Assembly: GCA_964016885.1 (NCBI GenBank)
Contig: OZ024742.1
Location: forward strand, 373,054,001 to 373,118,000
Length of the DNA stretch: 64,000 nucleotides
Source of the DNA: Eledone cirrhosa
Taxonomy: Eukaryota
Reading direction: 5' to 3'
Below, in pieces: positions 1 to 15,290 of this stretch. Made by a program: the position numbers and the translations under genes. The notes beneath the pieces are model-generated. The model was given only the letters and a program-made list of their open reading frames with translations, did not search any database and was not told the origin of the DNA. The number at the start of each line of letters is the position of its first letter. The stretch's first letter is position 1.

Positions 1-2399
1 TTATATATAAACTGTAAATCTCTTTCTATATAAACTGTAAATTTCATTCTATAAACTGTAAATCTCTTTCTATATAAACTGTAAATCTCATTCTATATAA
101 ACTGTAAATCTCTTTCTATATAAACTGTAAATCTCATTCTATATAAACTGTGAATCTCATTCTATATAAACTGTAAATCTCTTTCTATATCAAATGTAAA
201 TCTCATTCTATATAAACTGTAAATCTCATTCTATATAAACTGTAAATCTCATTCTATAAACTGTAAATCTCTTTCTATATAAACTGTAAATCTCATTCTA
301 TATAAACTGTAAATCTCATTCTATTAACTGTAAATCTCTTTCTATATAAACTGTAAATCTCAGTCTATAAACTGTAAATCTCTTTCTATATAAACTGTAA
401 ATCTCTTTCTATATGAACTGTAAATCTCTTTCTATATAAACTGTAAATCTCATTCTATATAAACTGTAAATCTCTTTCTATATAAACTGTAAATCTCATT
501 CTATATAAACTGTGAATCTCATTCTATATAAACTGTAAATCTCTTTCTATATAAACTGTAAATCTCATTCTATATAAACTGTAAATCTCATTCTATAAAC
601 TGTAAATCTCTTTCTATATCAACTGTAAATCTCATTCTATATAAGCTGTAAATCTCATTCTATTAACTGTAAATCTCTTTCTATATAAACTGTAAATCTC
701 ATTCTATATGAATTGTATATATCATTCTATAAACTGTAAATCTCAGTCTATAAACTGTAAATCTCTTTCTATATAAACTGTAAGTCTCCTTCTATGTGAA
801 CTGTAAATCTCATTCTATATAAACTGTAAATCTCATTCTATATAAACTGTAAATCTCATTCTATAAACTGTAAATCTCTTTCTATATAAACTGTAAATCT
901 CATTCTATATAAGCTGTAAATCTCATTCTATTAACTGTAAATCTCTTTCTATATAAAGTGTAAATCTCATTCTATATAAACTGTATATATCATTCTATAA
1001 ACTGTAAATCTCAGTCTATAAACTGTAAATCTCTTTCTATATAAACTGTAAATCTCATTCTATAAACTGTAAATCTCTTTCTATAGCAACTGTAAATCTC
1101 CTTCTATATAAGCTGTAAATCTCATTCTATTAACTGTAAATCTCTTTCTATATAAACTGTAAATCTCATTCTATATAAACTGTATATATCATTCTATAAA
1201 CTGTAAATCTCAGTCTATAAACTGTAAATCTCTTTCTATATAAACTGTAAATCTCCTTCTATATGAACTGTAAATCTCTTTCTATATAAACTGTAAATCT
1301 CATTCTATGTAAGCTGTAAATCTCATTCTATGAACTGTAAATCTCTTTCTATATAAACTGTAAATCTCATTCTATATAAACTGTAAATCTCATTCTATAT
1401 AAACTGTAAATCTCTTTCTATATAAACTGTAAATTTCATTCTATAAACTGTAAATCTCTTTCTATATAAACTGTAAATCTCATTCTATATAAACTGTAAA
1501 TCTCTTTCTATATAAACTGTAAATCTCATTCTATATAAACTGTGAATCTCATTCTATATAAACTGTAAATCTCTTTCTATATAAACTGTAAATCTCATTC
1601 TATATAAACTGTAAATCTCATTCTATAAACTGTAAATCTCTTTCTATATAAACTGTAAATCTCATTCTATATAAGCTGTAAATCTCATTCTATTAACTGT
1701 AAATCTCATTCTATATAAACTGTAAATCTCATTCTATATAAACTGTATATATCATTCTATAAACTGTAAATCTCAGTCTATAAACTGTAAATCTCTTTCT
1801 ATATAAACTGTAAATCTCATTCTATATGAACTGTAAATCTCTTTCTATATAAACTGTAAATCTTATTCTATATAAACTGTAAATCTCATTCTATGAACTG
1901 TAAATCTCTTTCTATATAAACTGTAAATCTCATTCTATATAAACTGTAAATCTCATTCTATGAACTGTAAATCTCTTTCTATATAAACTGTAAATCTCAT
2001 TATATATAAACTGTAAATCTCTTTCTATATAAACTGTAAATTTCATTCTATAAACTGTAAATCTCTTTCTATATAAACTGTAAATCTCATTCTATATAAA
2101 CTGTAAATCTCTTTCTATATAAACTGTAAATCTCATTCTATATAAACTGTGAATCTCATTCTATATAAACTGTAAATCTCTTTCTATATCAAATGTAAAT
2201 CTCATTCTATATAAACTGTAAATCTCATTCTATATAAACTGTAAATCTCATTCTATAAACTGTAAATCTCTTTCTATATAAACTGTAAATCTCATTCTAT
2301 AGAAGCTGTAAATCTCATTCTATTAACTGTAAATCTCTTTCTATATAAACTGTAAATCTCATTCTATTAACTGTAAATCTCTGTCTATATAAACTGTAA

Positions 2400-5300
2400 A
2401 TATCAGTCTATAAACTGTAAATCTCTTTCTATATAAACTGTAAATCTCTTTCTATATGAACTGTAAATCTCTTTCTATATAAACTGTAAATCTCATTCTA
2501 TATAAGCTGTAAATCTCATTCTGTGAACTGTAAATCTCTTTCTATATAAACTGTAAATCTCATTCTGCATAAACTGTAAATCTCATTCTATAAACTGTAA
2601 ATCTCTTTCTATATAAACTGTAAATCTCATTCTATATAAACTGTAAATCTCTTTCTATATAAACTGTAAATTTCATTCTATAAACTGTAAATCTCTTTCT
2701 ATATAAACTGTAAATCTCATTCTATATAAACTGTAAATCTCTTTCTATATAAACTGTAAATCTAATTCTATATAAACTGTGAATCTCATTCTATATAAAC
2801 TGTAAATCTCTTTCTATATAAACTGTAAATCTCATTCTATATAAACTGTAAATCTCATTCTATAAACTGTAAATCTCTTTCTATATCAACTGTAAATCTC
2901 ATTCTATATAAGCTGTAAATCTCATTCTATTAACTGTAAATCTCTTTCTATATAAACTGTAAATCTCATTCTATATGAATTGTATATATCATTCTATAAA
3001 CTGTAAATCTCAGTCTATAAACTGTAAATCTCTTTCTATATAAACTGTAAATCTCCTTCTATATGAACTGTAAATCTCATTCTATATAAACTGTAAATCT
3101 CATTCTATATAAACTGTAAATCTCATTCTATAAACTGTAAATCTCTTTCTATATAAACTGTAAATCTCATTCTATATAAGCTGTAAATCTCATTCTATTA
3201 ACTGTAAATCTCTTTCTATATAAACTGTAAATCTCATTCTATATAAACTGTATATATCATTCTATAAACTGTAAATCTCAGTCTATAAACTGTAAATCTC
3301 TTTCTATATAAACTGTAAATCTCATTCTATAAACTGTAAATCTCTTTCTATATCAACTGTAAATCTCCTTCTATATAAGCTGTAAATCTCATTCTATTAA
3401 CTGTAAATCTCTTTCTATATACACTGTAAATCTCTTTCTATATAAACTGTAAATCTCCTTCTATATGAACTGTAAATCTCTTTCTATATAAACTGTAAAT
3501 CTCATTCTATGTAAGCTGTAACTCTCATTCTATGAACTGTGAATCTCTTTCTATATAAACTGTAAATCTCATTCTATATAAACTGTAAATCTCATTCTAT
3601 GAACTGTAAATCTCTTTCTATATAAGCTGTAAATCTCATTCTATATAAACTGTAAATCTCTTTCTATATAAACTGTAAATCTCATTCTATATAAACTGTG
3701 AATCTCATTCTATATAAACTGTAAATCTCTTTCTATATAAACTGTAAATCTCATTCTATGTAAACTGTAAATCTCATTCTATATAAACTGTAAATCTCTT
3801 TCTATATAAACTGTAAATCTCATTCTATATAAACTGTAAATCTCTTTCTATATAAACTCTGAATCTGATTCTATATAAACTGTAACTCTCATTTTATATA
3901 AACTGTGAATCTCATTCTATATAAACTGTATATCTCATTCTATATAAACTGTAAATCTCATTCAATAAACTGTACATCTCTTTTTATATAAACTGTAAAT
4001 CTCATTCTATATAAACTGAAAATCTCTTTCTATATAAACTGTAAATCTCATTCTATATAAACTGTAAATCTCATTCTATAAACTGTACATCTCTTTCTAT
4101 CTAAACTGTAAATCTCATTCTACATAAACTGTAAATCTCTTTCTATATAAACTGTAAATCTCATTCTATATAAACTGTCAATCTCATTCTATATAAACTG
4201 TATATCTCATTCTATATAAACTGTAAATCTCATTCGATAAACTGTAAATCTCTTTTTATATAAACTGTAAATCTCATTCTATATAACCTGGAAATCTCTT
4301 TCTATAAACTGGAAATCTCATTCTATGAACTGTAAATCTCTTTCTATATAAACTGTAAATCTCTTTCTAAATAAACTGTAAATCTCATTCTATATAAACT
4401 GTGAATCTCATTCTATATAAACTGTAAATCTCACTCTATATAAACTGTAAATCTCATTTGATAAACTGTAAATCTCTTTTTATATAAACTGTAAATCTCA
4501 TTCTATATAAACTGGAAATCTCTTTCTATAAACTGTAAATATCATTCTATAAACTGTAAATCTCTTTCTATATAAACTGTAAATCTCATTCTATATAAAC
4601 TATAAATCTCATTCTATAAACTGTAAATCTCTTTCTATATAAACTGTAAATCTCATTCTATATAAACTGTAAATCTCTTTCTATATAAACTGTAAATCTC
4701 ATTCTATATAAACTGTAAATCTCATTCTATATAAACTGTGAATCTCATTCTATATAAACTGTATATCTCATTCTATATAAACTGTAAATCTCATTCGATA
4801 AACTGTAAATCTCTTTTTATATAAACTGTAAATCTCATTCTATATAACCTGGAAATCTCTTTCTATAAACTGGAAATCTCATTCTATGAACTGTAATTCT
4901 CTTTCTATATAAACTGTAAATCTCATTCTATATAAACTGTAAATCTCATTCTATAAACTGTAAATCTCCTTCTATATAAACTGTAAATCTCATTCTACAT
5001 AAACTGTAAATCTCTTTCTATATAAACTGTAAATCTCATTCTATAAACTGTAAATCTCTTTCTATATAAACTGTAAATCTCATTCTACATAAACTGTAAA
5101 TCTCATTCTATATAAACTGTAAATCTCATTCTATATAAACTGTAAACCTCTTTCTAAAGAAACTGTAAATCTCATTCTATATAAACTGTGAATCTCATTC
5201 TATATAAACTGTAAATCTCACTCTATATAAACTGTAAATCTCATTCGATAAACTGTAAATCTCTTTTTATATAAACTGTAAATCTCATTCTATATAAACT

Positions 5301-8300
5301 GTAAATCTCATTCTATAAACTGTAAATCTCTTTCTATATAAACTGTAAATCTCATTCTATATAAACTGTAAATCTCATTCTATAAACTGTAAATCTCTTT
5401 CTATATAAACTGTGAATCTCATTCTATATAAACTGTATATCTCATTCTATATAAACTGTAAATCTCATTCGATAAACTGTAAATCTCTTTTTATATAAAC
5501 TGTAAATCTCTTTCTATATACACTGTAAATCTCATTCTATATAAACTGTAAATCTCTTTCTATATAAACTGTAAATTTCATTCTATAAACTCTAAATCTC
5601 TTTCTATATAAACTGTAAATCTCATTCTATATAAACTGTAAATCTCATTCTATATAAACTGAATCTCATTCTATATAAACTGTAAATCTCATTCTATATA
5701 AACTGTAAATATCATTCTATAAACTGTAAATCACTTTCTATATAAACTGTAAATCTCATTCTATATAAGCTGTAAATCTCATTCTATTAACTGTAAATCT
5801 CATTCTATATAAACTGTAAATCTCATTCTATATAAACTGTATATATCATTCTATAAACTGTAAATCTCAGTCTATAAACTGTAAATCTCTTTCTATATAA
5901 ACTGTAAATCTCTTTCTATATGAACTGTAAATCTCTTTCTATATAAACTGTAAATCTCATTCTATATAAGCTGTAAATCTCATTCTATGAACTGTAAATC
6001 TCTTTCTATATAAACTGTAAATCTCATTCTACATAAACTGTAAATCTCATTCTATAAACTGTAAATCTCTTTCTATATAAACTGTAAATCTCATTCTATA
6101 TAAACTGTAAATCTCTTTCTATATAAACTGTAAATTTCATTCTATAAACTGTAAATCTCTTTCTATATAAACTGTAAATCTCATTCTATATAAACTGTAC
6201 ATCTCTTTCTATATAAACTGTAAATCCCATTCTATATAAACTGTGAATCTCATTCTATATAAACTGTAAATCTCTTTCTATATAAACTGTAAATCTCATT
6301 CTATATAAACTGTAAATCTCATTCTATATAAACTGTAAATCTCATTCTATAAACTGTAAATCTCTTTCTATATCAACTGTAAATCTCATTCTATATAAGC
6401 TGTAAATCTCATTCTATTAACTGGAAATCTCTTTCTATAAACTGTAAATCTCTTTCTATATAAACTGTAAATCTCATTCTACATAAACTGTAAATCTCTT
6501 TCTATATAAACTGTAAATCTCATTCTATATAAACTGTAAATCTCATTCTATATAAACTGTAAATCTCATTCTATATAAACTGTAAATCTCTTTCTAAATA
6601 AACTGTAAATCTCATTCTATATAAGCTGTAAATCTCATTCTATATGAACTGTAAATCTCATTCTATATAAACTGTAAATCTCTTTCTATATAAACTGTAA
6701 ATCTCATTCTATATAAACTGTAAATCTCATTCTATAAACTGTAAATCTCTTTCTATATAAACTGTAAATCTCATTCTATATAAACTGTAAATCTCATTCT
6801 ATATAAACTGTAAATCTCATTCTATATAAACTGTAAATCTCATTCTATAAACTGTAAATCTCATTCTATACGAACTGTAAATCTCATTCTATAAATTGTA
6901 AAGCTCTTTCTATATAAACTGTAAATCTCATTCTATATAAACTGTAAATCTCATTCTATAAACTGTAAATCTCTTTCTATATAAACTGTAAATCTCATTC
7001 TATATAAACTGTAAATCTCATTCTATATAAACTGTAAATCTCATTCTATATAAACTGTAAATCTCATTCTATAAACTGTAAATCTCATTCTATATGAACT
7101 GTAAATCTCATTCTATAAATTGTAAAGCTCTTTCTATATACACTGTTAATCTCATTCTACATAAACTGTAAATCTCATTCTATATAAACTGTAAATCTCA
7201 TTCTATATAAACTGTAAATCTCTTTCTATATAAACTGTAAATCTCATTCTATATAAACTGTAAATCTCATTCTATAAACTGTAAATCTCTTTCTATATAA
7301 ACTGTAAATCTCATTCTATATAAACTGTAAATCTCATTCTATATAAACTGTAAATCTCATTCTATATAAACTGTAAATCTCATTCTATAAACTGTAAATC
7401 TCATTCTATATGAACTGTAAATCTCATTCTATAAATTGTAAAGCTCTTTCTATATACACTGTTAATCTCATTCTACATAAATTGTAAATCTCATTCTATA
7501 TAAACTGTAAATCTCATTCTATAAACTGTAAATCTCTTTCTATATAAACTGTAAATCTCATTCTATATAAACTGTAAATCCTATTCTATATAAACTGTAA
7601 ATCTCATTCTATATAAACTGTAAATCTCATTCTATAAACTGTAAATCTCTTTCTATATACACTGTTAATCTCATTCTATATAAACTGTCAATCTCATTCT
7701 ATATAAACTGTAAATCTCATTCTATATAAACTGTAAATCTCTTTCTATATAAACTGTAAATCTCATTCTATATAAACTGTAAATCTCATTCTATAAACTG
7801 TAAATCTTATTCTATATAAACTATAAATCTCATTCTATAAACTGTAAATCTCATTCTATATAAACTGTAAATCTCATTCTATAAACTGTAAATCTCTTTC
7901 TATATACACTGTTAATCTCATTCTATATAAACTGTCAATCTCATTCTATATAAACTGTAAATCTAATTCTATATAAACTGTAAATCTCATTCTATATAAG
8001 CTGTAAATCTCATTCTATTAACTGTAAATCTCATTCTATATAAACTGTAAATCTCATTCTATATAAACTGTATATATCATTCTATAAACTGTAAATCTCA
8101 GTCTATAAACTGTAAATCTCTTTCTATATAAACTGTAAATCTCTTTCTATATGAACTGTAAATCTCTTTCTATATAAACTGTAAATCTCATTCTATATAA
8201 GCTGTAAATCTCATTCTATGAACTGTAAATCTCTTTCTATATAAACTGTAAATCTCATTCTACATAAACTGTAAATCTCATTCTATAAACTGTAAATCTC

Positions 8301-11300
8301 TTTCTATATAAACTGTAAATCTCATTCTATATAAACTGTAAATCTCTTTCTATTTAAACTGTAAATTTCATTCTATAAACTGTAAATCTCTTTCTATATA
8401 AACTGTAAATCTCATTCTATATAAACTGTACATCTCTTTCTATATAAACTGTAAATCCCATTCTATATAAACTGTGAATCTCATTCTATATAAACTGTAA
8501 ATCTCTTTCTATATAAACTGTAAATCTCATTCTATATAAACTGTAAATCTCATTCTATATAAACTGTAAATCTCATTCTATAAACTGTAAATCTCTTTCT
8601 ATATCAACTGTAAATCTCATTCTATATAAGCTGTAAATCTCATTCTATTAACTGGAAATCTCTTTCTATAAACTGTAAATCTCTTTCTATATAAACTGTA
8701 AATCTCATTCTACATAAACTGTAAATCTCTTTCTATATAAACTGTAAATCTCATTCTATATAAACTGTAAATCTCATTCTATATAAACTGTAAATCTCAT
8801 TCTATATAAACTGTAAATCTCTTTCTAAATAAACTGTAAATCTCATTCTATATAAGCTGTAAATCTCATTCTATATGAACTGTAAATCTCATTCTATATA
8901 AACTGTAAATCTCTTTCTATATAAACTGTAAATCTCATTCTATATAAACTGTAAATCTCATTCTATAAACTGTAAATCTCTTTCTATATAAACTGTAAAT
9001 CTCATTCTATATAAACTGTAAATCTCATTCTATATAAACTGTAAATCTCATTCTATATAAACTGTAAATCTCATTCTATAAACTGTAAATCTCATTCTAT
9101 ATGAACTGTAAATCTCATTCTATAAATTGTAAAGCTCTTTCTATATAAACTGTAAATCTCATTCTATATAAACTGTAAATCTCATTCTATAAACTGTAAA
9201 TCTCTTTCTATATAAACTGTAAATCTCATTCTATATAAACTGTAAATCTCATTCTATATAAACTGTAAATCTCATTCTATATAAACTGTAAATCTCATTC
9301 TATAAACTGTAAATCTCATTCTATATGAACTGTAAATCTCATTCTATAAATTGTAAAGCTCTTTCTATATACACTGTTAATCTCATTCTACATAAACTGT
9401 AAATCTCATTCTATATAAACTGTAAATCTCATTCTATATAAACTGTAAATCTCTTTCTATATAAACTGTAAATCTCATTCTATATAAACTGTAAATCTCA
9501 TTCTATAAACTGTAAATCTCTTTCTATATAAACTGTAAATCTCATTCTATATAAACTGTAAATCTCATTCTATATAAACTGTAAATCTCATTCTATATAA
9601 ACTGTAAATCTCATTCTATAAACTGTAAATCTCATTCTATATGAACTGTAAATCTCATTCTATAAATTGTAAAGCTCTTTCTATATACACTGTTAATCTC
9701 ATTCTACATAAATTGTAAATCTCATTCTATATAAACTGTAAATCTCATTCTATAAACTGTAAATCTCTTTCTATATAAACTGTAAATCTCATTCTATATA
9801 AACTGTAAATCCTATTCTATATAAACTGTAAATCTCATTCTATATAAACTGTAAATCTCATTCTATAAACTGTAAATCTCTTTCTATATACACTGTTAAT
9901 CTCATTCTATATAAACTGTCAATCTCATTCTATATAAACTGTAAATCTCATTCTATATAAACTGTAAATCTCTTTCTATATAAACTGTAAATCTCATTCT
10001 ATATAAACTGTAAATCTCATTCTATAAACTGTAAATCTTATTCTATATAAACTATAAATCTCATTCTATAAACTGTAAATCTCATTCTATATAAACTGTA
10101 AATCTCATTCTATAAACTGTAAATCTCTTTCTATATACACTGTTAATCTCATTCTATATAAACTGTCAATCTCATTCTATATAAACTGTAAATCTAATTC
10201 TATATAAACTGTAAATCTCATTCTATATAAACTGTAAATCTCTTTCTATATAAACTGTAAATCTCATTCTATATAAACTGTAAATCCCATTCTATAAACT
10301 GTAAATCTCTTTCTATATAACCTGTAAATCTCTTTCTATATAAACTGTAAATCTCATGCTATAAACTGTAAATCTCATTCTATATAAACTGTAAATCTCT
10401 TTCTATATAAACTGTAAATCTGATTCTATATAAACTGTAAATCTCATTCTATATAAACTGTGAATCTCATTCTATATAAACTGTAATTCTCATTCTATAT
10501 TAACTGTAAATCTCATTCTATAAACTGTGAATCTCATTCTATATACACTGTAAATCTCATTCTATATAAACTGTAAATCTCTTTCTATATAAACTGTAAA
10601 TTTCATTCTATAAACTCTAAATCTCTTTCTATATAAACTGTAAATCTCATTCTATATAAACTGTAAATCTCATTCTATATAAACTGAATCTCATTCTATA
10701 TAAACTGTAAATCTCATTCTATATAAACTGTAAATCTCATTCTATATAAGCTGTAAATCTCATTCTATTAACTGTAAATCTCATTCTATATAAACTGTAA
10801 ATCTCATTCTATATAAACTGTATATATCATTCTATAAACTGTAAATCTCAGTCTATAAACTGTAAATCTCTTTCTATATAAACTGTAAATCTCTTTCTAT
10901 ATGAACTGTAAATCTCTTTCTATATAAACTGTAAATCTCATTCTATATAAGCTGTAAATCTCATTCTATGAACTGTAAATCTCTTTCTATATAAACTGTA
11001 AATCTCATTCTACATAAACTGTAAATCTCATTCTATAAACTGTAAATCTCTTTCTATATAAACTGTAAATCTCATTCTATATAAACTGTAAATCTCTTTC
11101 TATATAAACTGTAAATTTCATTCTATAAACTGTAAATCTCTTTCTATATAAACTGTAAATCTCATTCTATATAAACTGTAAATCTCTTTCTATATAAACT
11201 GTAAATCTCATTCTATATAAACTGTGAATCTCATTCTATATAAACTGTAAATCTCTTTCTATATAAACTGTAAATCTCATTCTATATAAACTGTAAATCT

Positions 11301-14300
11301 CATTCTATAAACTGTAAATCTCTTTCTATATCAACTGTAAATCTCATTCTATATAAGCTGTAAATCTCATTCTATTAACTGTAAATCTCTTTCTATATAA
11401 ACTGTAAATCTCATTCTATATGAATTGTATATATCATTCTATAAACTGTAAATCTCAGTCTATAAACTGTAAATCTCTTTCTATATAAACTGTAAATCTC
11501 CTTCTATATGAACTGTAAATCTCATTCTATATAAACTGTAAATCTCATTCTATATAAACTGTAAATCTCATTCTATAAACTGTAAATCTCTTTCTATATA
11601 AACTGTAAATCTCATTCTATATAAGCTGTAAATCTCATTCTATTAACTGTAAATCTCTTTCTATATAAACTGTAAATCTCATTCTATATAAACTGTATAT
11701 ATCATTCTATAAACTGTAAATCTCAGTCTATAAACTGTAAATCTCTTTCTATATAAACTGTAAATCTCATTCTATAAACTGTAAATCTCTTTCTATATCA
11801 ACTGTAAATCTCCTTCTATATAAGCTGTAAATCTCATTCTATTAACTGTAAATCTCTTTCTATATAAACTGTAAATCTCTTTCTATATAAACTGTAAATC
11901 TCCTTCTATATGAACTGTAAATCTCTTTCTATATAAACTGTAAATCTCATTCTATGTAAGCTGTAAATCTCATTCTATGAACTGTAAATCTCTTTCTATA
12001 TAAACTGTAAATCTCATTCTATATAAACTGTAAATCTCATTCTATGAACTGTAAATCTCTTTCTATATAAGCTGTAAATCTCATTCTATATAAACTGTAA
12101 ATCTCTTTCTATATAAACTGTAAATCTCATTCTATATAAACTGTGAATCTCATTCTATATAAACTGTAAATCTCTTTCTATATAAACTGTAAATCTCATT
12201 CTATGTAAACTGTAAATCTCATTCTATATAAACTGTAAATCTCTTTCTATATAAACTGTAAATCTCATTCTATATAAACTGTAAATCTCTTTCTATATAA
12301 ACTCTGAATCTGATTCTATATAAACTGTAACTCTCATTTTATATAAACTGTGAATCTCATTCTATATAAACTGTATATCTCATTCTATATAAACTGTAAA
12401 TCTCATTCGATAAACTGTACATCTCTTTTTATATAAACTGTAAATCTCATTCTATATAAACTGAAAATCTCTTTCTATATAAACTGTAAATCTCATTCTA
12501 TATAAACTGTAAATCTCATTCTATAAACTGTACATCTCTTTCTATCTAAACTGTAAATCTCATTCTACATAAACTGTAAATCTCTTTCTATATAAACTGT
12601 AAATCTCATTCTATATAAACTGTCAATCTCATTCTATATAAACTGTATATCTCATTCTATATAAACTGTAAATCTCATTCGATAAACTGTAAATCTCTTT
12701 TTATATAAACTGTAAATCTCATTCTATATAACCTGGAAATCTCTTTCTATAAACTGGAAATCTCATTCTATGAACTGTAAATCTCTTTCTATATAAACTG
12801 TAAATCTCTTTCTAAATAAACTGTAAATCTCATTCTATATAAACTGTGAATCTCATTCTATATAAACTGTAAATCTCACTCTATATAAACTGTAAATCTC
12901 ATTTGATAAACTGTAAATCTCTTTTTATATAAACTGTAAATCTCATTCTATATAAACTGGAAATCTCTTTCTATAAACTGTAAATATCATTCTATAAACT
13001 GTAAATCTCTTTCTATATAAACTGTAAATCTCATTCTATATAAACTATAAATCTCATTCTATAAACTGTAAATCTCTTTCTATATAAACTGTAAATCTCA
13101 TTCTATATAAACTGTAAATCTCTTTCTATATAAACTCTAAATCTCATTCTATATAAACTGTAAATCTCATTCTATATAAACTGTGAATCTCATTCTATAT
13201 AAACTGTATATCTCATTCTATATAAACTGTAAATCTCATTCGATAAACTGTAAATCTCTTTTTATATAAACTGTAAATCTCATTCTATATAACCTGGAAA
13301 TCTCTTTCTATAAACTGGAAATCTCATTCTATGAACTGTAATTCTCTTTCTATATAAACTGTAAATCTCATTCTATATAAACTGTAAATCTCATTCTATA
13401 AACTGTAAATCTCCTTCTATATAAACTGTAAATCTCATTCTACATAAACTGTAAATCTCTTTCTATATAAACTGTAAATCTCATTCTATAAACTGTAAAT
13501 CTCTTTCTATATAAACTGTAAATCTCATTCTACATAAACTGTAAATCTCATTCTATATAAACTGTAAATCTCATTCTATATAAACTGTAAACCTCTTTCT
13601 AAAGAAACTGTAAATCTCATTCTATATAAACTGTGAATCTCATTCTATATAAACTGTAAATCTCACTCTATATAAACTGTAAATCTCATTCGATAAACTG
13701 TAAATCTCTTTTTATATAAACTGTAAATCTCATTCTATATAAACTGTAAATCTCATTCTATAAACTGTAAATCTCTTTCTATATAAACTGTAAATCTCAT
13801 TCTATATAAACTGTAAATCTCATTCTATAAACTGTAAATCTCTTTCTATATAAACTGTGAATCTCATTCTATATAAACTGTATATCTCATTCTATATAAA
13901 CTGTAAATCTCATTCGATAAACTGTAAATCTCTTTTTATATAAACTGTAAATCTCTTTCTATATACACTGTAAATCTCATTCTATATAAACTGTAAATCT
14001 CTTTCTATATAAACTGTAAATTTCATTCTATAAACTCTAAATCTCTTTCTATATAAACTGTAAATCTCATTCTATATAAACTGTAAATCTCATTCTATAT
14101 AAACTGAATCTCATTCTATATAAACTGTAAATCTCATTCTATATAAACTGTAAATATCATTCTATAAACTGTAAATCACTTTCTATATAGACTGTAAATC
14201 TCATTCTATATAAGCTGTAAATCTCATTCTATTAACTGTAAATCTCATTCTATATAAACTGTAAATCTCATTCTATATAAACTGTATATATCATTCTATA

Positions 14301-15290
14301 AACTGTAAATCTCAGTCTATAAACTGTAAATCTCTTTCTATATAAACTGTAAATCTCTTTCTATATGAACTGTAAATCTCTTTCTATATAAACTGTAAAT
14401 CTCATTCTATATAAGCTGTAAATCTCATTCTATGAACTGTAAATCTCTTTCTATATAAACTGTAAATCTCATTCTACATAAACTGTAAATCTCATTCTAT
14501 AAACTGTAAATCTCTTTCTATATAAACTGTAAATCTCATTCTATATAAACTGTAAATCTCTTTCTATATAAACTGTAAATTTCATTCTATAAACTGTAAA
14601 TCTCTTTCTATATAAACTGTAAATCTCATTCTATATAAACTGTACATCTCTTTCTATATAAACTGTAAATCCCATTCTATATAAACTGTGAATCTCATTC
14701 TATATAAACTGTAAATCTCTTTCTATATAAACTGTAAATCTCATTCTATATAAACTGTAAATCTCATTCTATATAAACTGTAAATCTCATTCTATAAACT
14801 GTAAATCTCTTTCTATATCAACTGTAAATCTCATTCTATATAAGCTGTAAATCTCATTCTATTAACTGGAAATCTCTTTCTATAAACTGTAAATCTCTTT
14901 CTATATAAACTGTAAATCTCATTCTACATAAACTGTAAATCTCTTTCTATATAAACTGTAAATCTCATTCTATATAAACTGTAAATCTCATTCTATATAA
15001 ACTGTAAATCTCATTCTATATAAACTGTAAATCTCTTTCTAAATAAACTGTAAATCTCATTCTATATAAGCTGTAAATCTCATTCTATATGAACTGTAAA
15101 TCTCATTCTATATAAACTGTAAATCTCTTTCTATATAAACTGTAAATCTCATTCTATATAAACTGTAAATCTCATTCTATAAACTGTAAATCTCTTTCTA
15201 TATAAACTGTAAATCTCATTCTATATAAACTGTAAATCTCATTCTATATAAACTGTAAATCTCATTCTATATAAACTGTAAATCTCATTC
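2400..15290. repeat. Large duplication within the array: ~2400-6840 repeated at ~10850-15290 (offset 8445 bp)
   Basis: Rare variants pair at exactly +8445: GAATTGTATAT 2977/11422, CTCTGAATCTG 3861/12306, CTGAAAATC 4018/12463, CTAAAGAAA 5159/13604, and the deletion monomer ACTGAATC 5661/14106. Confidence 0.9.
5745..10210. repeat. Near-perfect 2231-bp tandem duplication (two copies)
   Basis: Markers pair at +2231: TAAGCTG 5769/8000, CTGGAAA 6423/8654, AATCCTATT 7581/9812, ATCTAATT 7961/10192. Confidence 0.9.
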
